Below are positions 36,331 through 41,727 of a stretch of 41,727 nt of DNA, piece by piece (positions within the stretch are counted from its first letter, which is position 1; each line of letters starts with the position of its first letter). Under the pieces are notes generated by a model that saw only the letters and a program-made list of their open reading frames with translations, had not been told where the DNA came from and made no database searches. The position numbers and the translations under genes were made by a program. The DNA lies in contig JAUCBJ010002111.1 in the NCBI GenBank assembly GCA_032718475.1, positions 1-41,727 on the forward strand, in the 5' to 3' direction. The DNA is from Nemertoderma westbladi. Lineage: Eukaryota > Animalia > Xenacoelomorpha.

Positions 36331-39300
36331 TGAACTCTAGCTTTATAGCAACCATTATATGCTAAGTTTATGATTGTTTACCGAAACTTTGTTGTAATAA
36401 CTGCAATTAATTAGTGATACAAATTAAATTGGATATTAATTACATCAATATTCCTAGTTATCCCAATAGCAAAATGAAAACTTTAATAAAATCGAAATTA
36501 CTCGAACTTTTCTGAGAATAATGTCTATTTAGATAAACCAGCCCCCACGAACTACATTACAAACTCTAGACTGGAATATAGTTTAATAAAATGTGCATGG
36601 AACTTGAAATAAGCACTGGAAATTTCAATGCGTTGCATGTCTTATTTTAAATAATATTCGGTTTATTTTCAGTCTAATTACACTGTTATACGGCTGTATG
36701 TATATCATATTTCAACCTTAATTCAAGTGCCTCAATCTATTTAGATATACCACCCATTGCATGTAGACTCATGTATGAGATGAAGTTTAAATAAAACATG
36801 CAGCCATAAGCAATGGAGCTGTCTTATGGTTGCATGTCATATTAGTGGATCCAACGATCATCTGCACTACAGAACGGCTTCTCAAAAAAAAACATAATTC
36901 GAAACTCGTATGGTGGAGGCCGACCAAAACAGAAAGTACAATAATACTTGTTTGCAGTGACTTATATTCATTCCTACAGCACGTGCGTAATACGTAATCC
37001 GTGTATTAGCTACTGGGTTTGGATGAAAACAACTCTAATAAGCAATCGGTTTCCAATACAATAATCTGCTTGACCTTTGATAAGTAATGTGATCCGCTAA
37101 ACCACACAACTTTAATTAGCAATAATGGGATTTCCAGCTTGACTAAGTAATTATAATTTAGCTATCAGTACATCCGTTATTAGGAACCGAATCGTTGCTG
37201 ACCGACTGACTAACTGACTAACTGAAATTTGGGGCTATTTTACCTATTTGGGGCGGTAAAAAAGTATATTTGGTGCGAAAACTCCTGTATTCTGGGATAT
37301 AATAACTTGTGGTCGAAATTTAATTATGTAAGACTGATCGAAAACAGTTTATATGCCACTAAAAATGAAGTCTGATAACGATAAAACACAGATGCCCAAG
37401 ATTTTAGCTTTGTATGGTGAAATATTCTATTTTGACAGACACATAGGCAGGCAAACGGACAGACATACAGACAGTCTAGATGCCACCAAACATGAAAACC
37501 GTAATCGGGAATGAAATCACAGACTAGGAAAACTCCATGCCATAGGTTTTTGCTATGGGTTGAGAGATACTATATTATGTAAAACAGATCAACAGACAAA
37601 CGGTGAGAAGGTCAGAATTAATATGTTAAAATTAAAATAAATCTGAATTTTCTCGAATTATTCGAGAAATATCTACTTAGTTCAATGTTCAACCAACTAT
37701 TACCTACAAACTCGCTTCAAAAGTAAAGTTTAAATAAAACATGCAGCCTTAAGCACTGGGACTGTATTATGGTTGCATGTCTTATTTCATAACTAATGTG
37801 CACTGCGCACATGTCGCACTGCGGTATAAAGCTGGAAAATATGTCGCTCTGGCGATTTGTTTGTGCGAAATTAATTCCATACAATTATTACAAATAAATA
37901 AAATGATATTATATATGTATTTTAAAAGCCTTATTTCTTTAATTAAAACATTATGAAATATTATTTTATCAATTTAAAATATGAATAAAAAGAAAAATAC
38001 AATAATTGTTGTATCTAGTAATAATGCACAATTTTATAAAGTTTTCTTTATAATGATTCGTTATATGGCTGCCTATTAAATTTCAACATTATTAGGTATA
38101 TTTAGTAGGAAAGGTTTATAAAGAATAATGCTAAAACTTCAAGTACCTCAAACCTTCCAATACACCAAAACTCAATCTGAAATATAGTTTAAATAAATCA
38201 TGCAGCCATTAGCAGTTGACATGTCTTATGGTTGCATGTCATATTATTATAACTATTATTATGTTTTTTTTTAAGTTATATTTTGGATAATTAATACAAT
38301 ATCATTAATTATTTCATGAATTTAAAACTTAAAAGAAACGAAAATGCAATATAATTATAGCAAATAAAATAACAAATGTTTATCAAAGATACAGTTTTGT
38401 GGAATTTAGGAATTTGATTTATAAATTTGTAATATGGCTGCATATTTTATCTCAAACTTATATGAATTTTGTTAATTTTGAAAAATAACTATTCTTTTAC
38501 ATAAATAATTATTTTTTGTCCAACTTTTTATCCGTATATTCGAGGGATTGTAAAAGCATATTTTTTCAGAGGCCAAAGGTCAAGGGAACAATGCTGGAAT
38601 TAATGAAGAAATAGAATACAACTCAAGTCGCAGATGATAATATTTAGCTTATTAATATTAAAAATTTTTAAAAGCGTGAGGGCATTCATTATTATATAAC
38701 AACAGCTATAATTTTAGGTTTAGTTAGTGGTAGTTGTAGTCTGCAATTAATAGCGTAAATTGATATAAATGTTACAATATTAATGTGATTAATTTATTAT
38801 TTAGCATTTTTAGTTGTGATAATTTAATGTAAGGTATCAAAATTTCATACTTCGTTTCTTATTCAACAAAGCTCGCTCTCTCTCGTTTGGTACTATGATC
38901 AGCGGTCATAACTCTGAATCGTGATATTTGCACATAATGATGTTTACTAGTTAGTAAAAACAATTTTAATTCATTAAATGTTGTGATAGGGGTGTAGGTC
39001 CGTTAGGCAAAAACGTGAAATTTGATGTTTCATTAAAAATGGAAATGTTTTATCTTAGTAACAGTCCTATAAACAAACCAAATACATATATAAAGTTATA
39101 TAGATATACATAACTAATTAAATATTCTTATATCATCAAAATGTGTTGTGCATCCATATGACCAGTCCTACCAAGGATTTCCCGATTTGGCTAAAGTGTA
39201 GAAATTGCTGGAGTTATATAGAATATGATTATACATAATACTATATAATATGCAACCATAAGATCGCTAAATTCTACATAAAAGTTATATATATTTTGTT

Positions 39301-39661
39301 TGATCTTTCAAAATGACTTATGGCCACAATCATTAGATATATATATATAATAGGCCTTATAATAAATAATAAATCCTGCTAAGTTAAGTGCTATATAATT
39401 TTATAGTGTACGCCATCTAACGAATTCATAGTGTATTTCGAACTGAAGTTCATTTCCGTGTTTGTTATCAATAGCTATTGATCAAATCTACAAAGGTAAA
39501 TGTTAATATTGGCAACGGATACATTGTAATATTGACATTAGGTTCTATCGTCATGGATGTCATTTTGAAATCGTATTTTTATATTATTATTAATAATTAG
39601 TTTTTTTGTAAACATTTCAAATATAATTAATATTTTATCTATATGTTTCAACTGATCGATT

Positions 39662-40552
39662 ATGGGAGATTATTTAGCCCCGGATGACATACCACCGAAC
39701 ACTAACCAGACGCAATCTCGCTTACCTGTGACCGCGCGGTACACGGCCAACCTAGAAGCAAGCAACTCTAACCAACCGCGTGCACCGATAACCGCGAGGT
39801 ACACAGCCAACCTACCGGAACCTGGTCCCGCACGATGGCCGCCACAAGCAGCAACCACTAGCCAAGCTTCGCAACAGCTAATCGGAGATGACCTACCTCA
39901 GATTGACTACACGGACATGAGTCAACCCGTAGCCCCGCAAAAGAAACCGAAACCGAAGCAAACGGCCAAACAAGTCAATTCTGGTGGCGCCACTGCTGCG
40001 GTCTCACCTGCCTCAAACGCGGGTCGCACTACTTGGCAGCAAACACCCCAGACTAGGCTCATAGACCACCCTATACTCTCAAATAATACTACCACGTCCA
40101 AAAAAGACCAATCCGGTCGCGGGGTCGACAGGCTACCCACAAGTACATCCACTGTAGCGGGAGCTAGCGGTGTCTCAACTCAACAGCCGCAGACATCACG
40201 GAAAGCACCATGGGCTTCGTCCAAACAACCCCAAGCGTCGTGGAAAAAATCATCTTCCACCCCATCACCCCCTGGCATATTGGAAAGCAATAATTTGTCC
40301 GTAGAACCTGATGGTGAATATATTAACACAGAAGAAACGCATACATTCTCTAAACAACCACCAATACCATCTCTACAGCGATCCCCAATACCATGGCAAC
40401 ACCATCCAGCTTCTTCTCTTCAACCTGGACCTACGGTTAATGGTGTTACCACGGCAACGGGGGACGACGGGGATTACATCAACCCCGCCGAGGTCCCCGT
40501 CCATCCCTACCCATCGAGTCCTCACCTGCCCAGGCGGGAGAGAGGCCGATGA
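39662..40552 (+). CDS. Pro/Ser/Thr/Gln-rich, probably disordered protein or large exon with Tyr-based motifs (adaptor or receptor-tail like); possible frameshifted continuation to 40703
   Basis: 296-codon ORF in a GC-richer island; DYLAP, DYTDM, GEYIN, GDYINP motifs; duplicated P(V/I)TARYTANL. Confidence 0.6.
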   Translation: MGDYLAPDDIPPNTNQTQSRLPVTARYTANLEASNSNQPRAPITARYTANLPEPGPARWPPQAATTSQASQQLIGDDLPQIDYTDMSQPVAPQKKPKPKQTAKQVNSGGATAAVSPASNAGRTTWQQTPQTRLIDHPILSNNTTTSKKDQSGRGVDRLPTSTSTVAGASGVSTQQPQTSRKAPWASSKQPQASWKKSSSTPSPPGILESNNLSVEPDGEYINTEETHTFSKQPPIPSLQRSPIPWQHHPASSLQPGPTVNGVTTATGDDGDYINPAEVPVHPYPSSPHLPRRERGR

Positions 40553-41094
40553 TCCTTTTGCTGAAACACGGAAGTCGCAGCGTTCAGCCAGTAACGTCTC
40601 TAACGTGTCCACATGTTCAACTGTTTCCACATCAAGCAAACATTGGAAAGCCACTGAAATATTAAGTGCATCTTTCAGCAAAGCCCGCGGGTTAGTAAAT
40701 TGAAGAGTCCTGATTTATAATAACACTTTTCGTTATATTGTGTTTTTTTGGTTTACCTCTGCTAGAAAGATTGGGTGTGTGAGTAAGCTAAAAATCAACA
40801 ACAAACTGATCTACACATGTTGCAAGTGGACGGAGTCAGTGATAATCTGACGGCCTTTGTCTAATTTTTGCCTAAATAATAAGCCATTCTCAAGAGACAA
40901 AACCAATAAAGAGGAAACGTACCAGAGGGAGAAAGAAGGAGCAATGAAACAAAGTGTAAGGTAAATAAATGCACATTAACTATAACCATTGGAAATCGGC
41001 ACAACAAAAAAGTTTGTAAAACAGGCCCAATTGGTGCCGTGTACATATTTAGTAAAACAATACAATATACGCTGGTCAATTCACATTTACTGTA

Positions 41095-41660
41095 TAATCG
41101 GCATGCTGCATTACAGCTGCAATGACAATGTTATGCCGGCTTATCAACAAAACTGCGCAGCCACAACTCCCCCCCCCCCTTATGACTTTCGTGGGATTAT
41201 CCGCATCTACAAGGTCAGTGTCCTTTAAAAGGTGTCTCAACAATGTCATGAGCTGTTTTCACCATGTTTATTCTCTCCAAGGAGCCGCCAAGGCACAGTA
41301 TCGTAAACTTACTGTCCTCACACGGTGAAAGTAATGTCCTGCAAAGTGGAGGTAGCTCCGTTTATGAATCAAATTTGGAAGACTAATGAGACACCTCCAA
41401 TAGTGTATATTGTTTGGTTGGAGATGTGGGCATTGTACTTGACCATGAACCCGGCGATGCTTTGTTGTGTGTGTACTGTGACGACAAGAAAGAATTGGTG
41501 TCCTCGGCAGTTAGAGCAGTTGGGTGTTGGAGTCCCATATGAGTACTGGTTCTACTGCTGCTCTAAATAATCGAAACTTCCGTTCCGATTCCGTTTTATT
41601 ATGTGACTTCCAAATCCTTTAGGGCCCATGCGGCCCTGGTAGTTAGTCAGCCAACATTTA
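41095..41660 (-). mobile_element. Diverged 3' fragment of the RTE-like LINE
   Basis: FRLFRAAVEPVL remnant, cacatctccaaccaaacaatatacactattggaggtgtctcattagt homologous to 6940-6990, and tail AATGCAGCATGCCGAT. Confidence 0.8.
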
Positions 41661-41727
41661 AGTAAGGCTAGTAAATCTGCACTATCACTATAATATACGA
41701 TTATTTTCCGCTGTTCACCAAAAACCT

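Larger units (their letters stand above)
29620..36845 (+). repeat. Tandem segmental duplication of a ~2.3-kb unit (copies start at 29620, 31957, 34269; diverged partial copy from ~36340)
   Basis: ctatcactaacttagtaa...tctcttaaacacgtctg recurs at each start. Near-identical ORFs 31357-31599 and 33669-33911 are offset by 2312 bp. Confidence 0.92.

Noticed and set aside
38570-38637. Possible small terminal exon after ttttttcag (AKGQGNNAGINEEIEYNSSRR*)
   Set aside because: Only an acceptor-like sequence and 22 codons; no homology or partner exon identified.

Overview
AT-rich eukaryotic (invertebrate animal-like) genomic DNA with spliceosomal introns; most short ORFs in the track are noise or repeat fragments. 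Host genes: (1) the first coding exon of a MAK/ICK-type kinase on the - strand (7597-7715), whose later exons were not found in the window; (2) head-to-head with it, a complete 4-exon STAMBP/AMSH JAMM deubiquitinase on + (10909-20995, 419 aa); (3) two antisense genes nested in tandem in the 7.8 kb second intron of STAMBP, GDPGP1 (one exon, 416 aa) and FANCF, whose coding sequence is split by a 541-bp element with terminal inverted repeats (TIRs); (4) an orphan Pro/Ser/Thr-rich ORF with Tyr docking motifs (39662-40552). The rest is layered repeat sequence: decayed RTE-like and L2/CR1-like LINEs, MITEs and foldbacks, elements with intact target-site duplications (TSDs), Helentron/HINE-like elements, a full-length but frameshifted Sola1-type DNA transposon (26216-29197), and a ~2.3-kb tandem duplication containing an expanding ~145-bp satellite. 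The least explained signals are a strong, clustered excess of TA-flanked palindromic octamers (TACCGGTA, TAGGCCTA) near gene 5' ends, the possible transposon-associated intron in FANCF, the tight nested GDPGP1-FANCF pair, and strand-biased poly-G tracts. All family assignments come from motif recognition by eye, with no database search.
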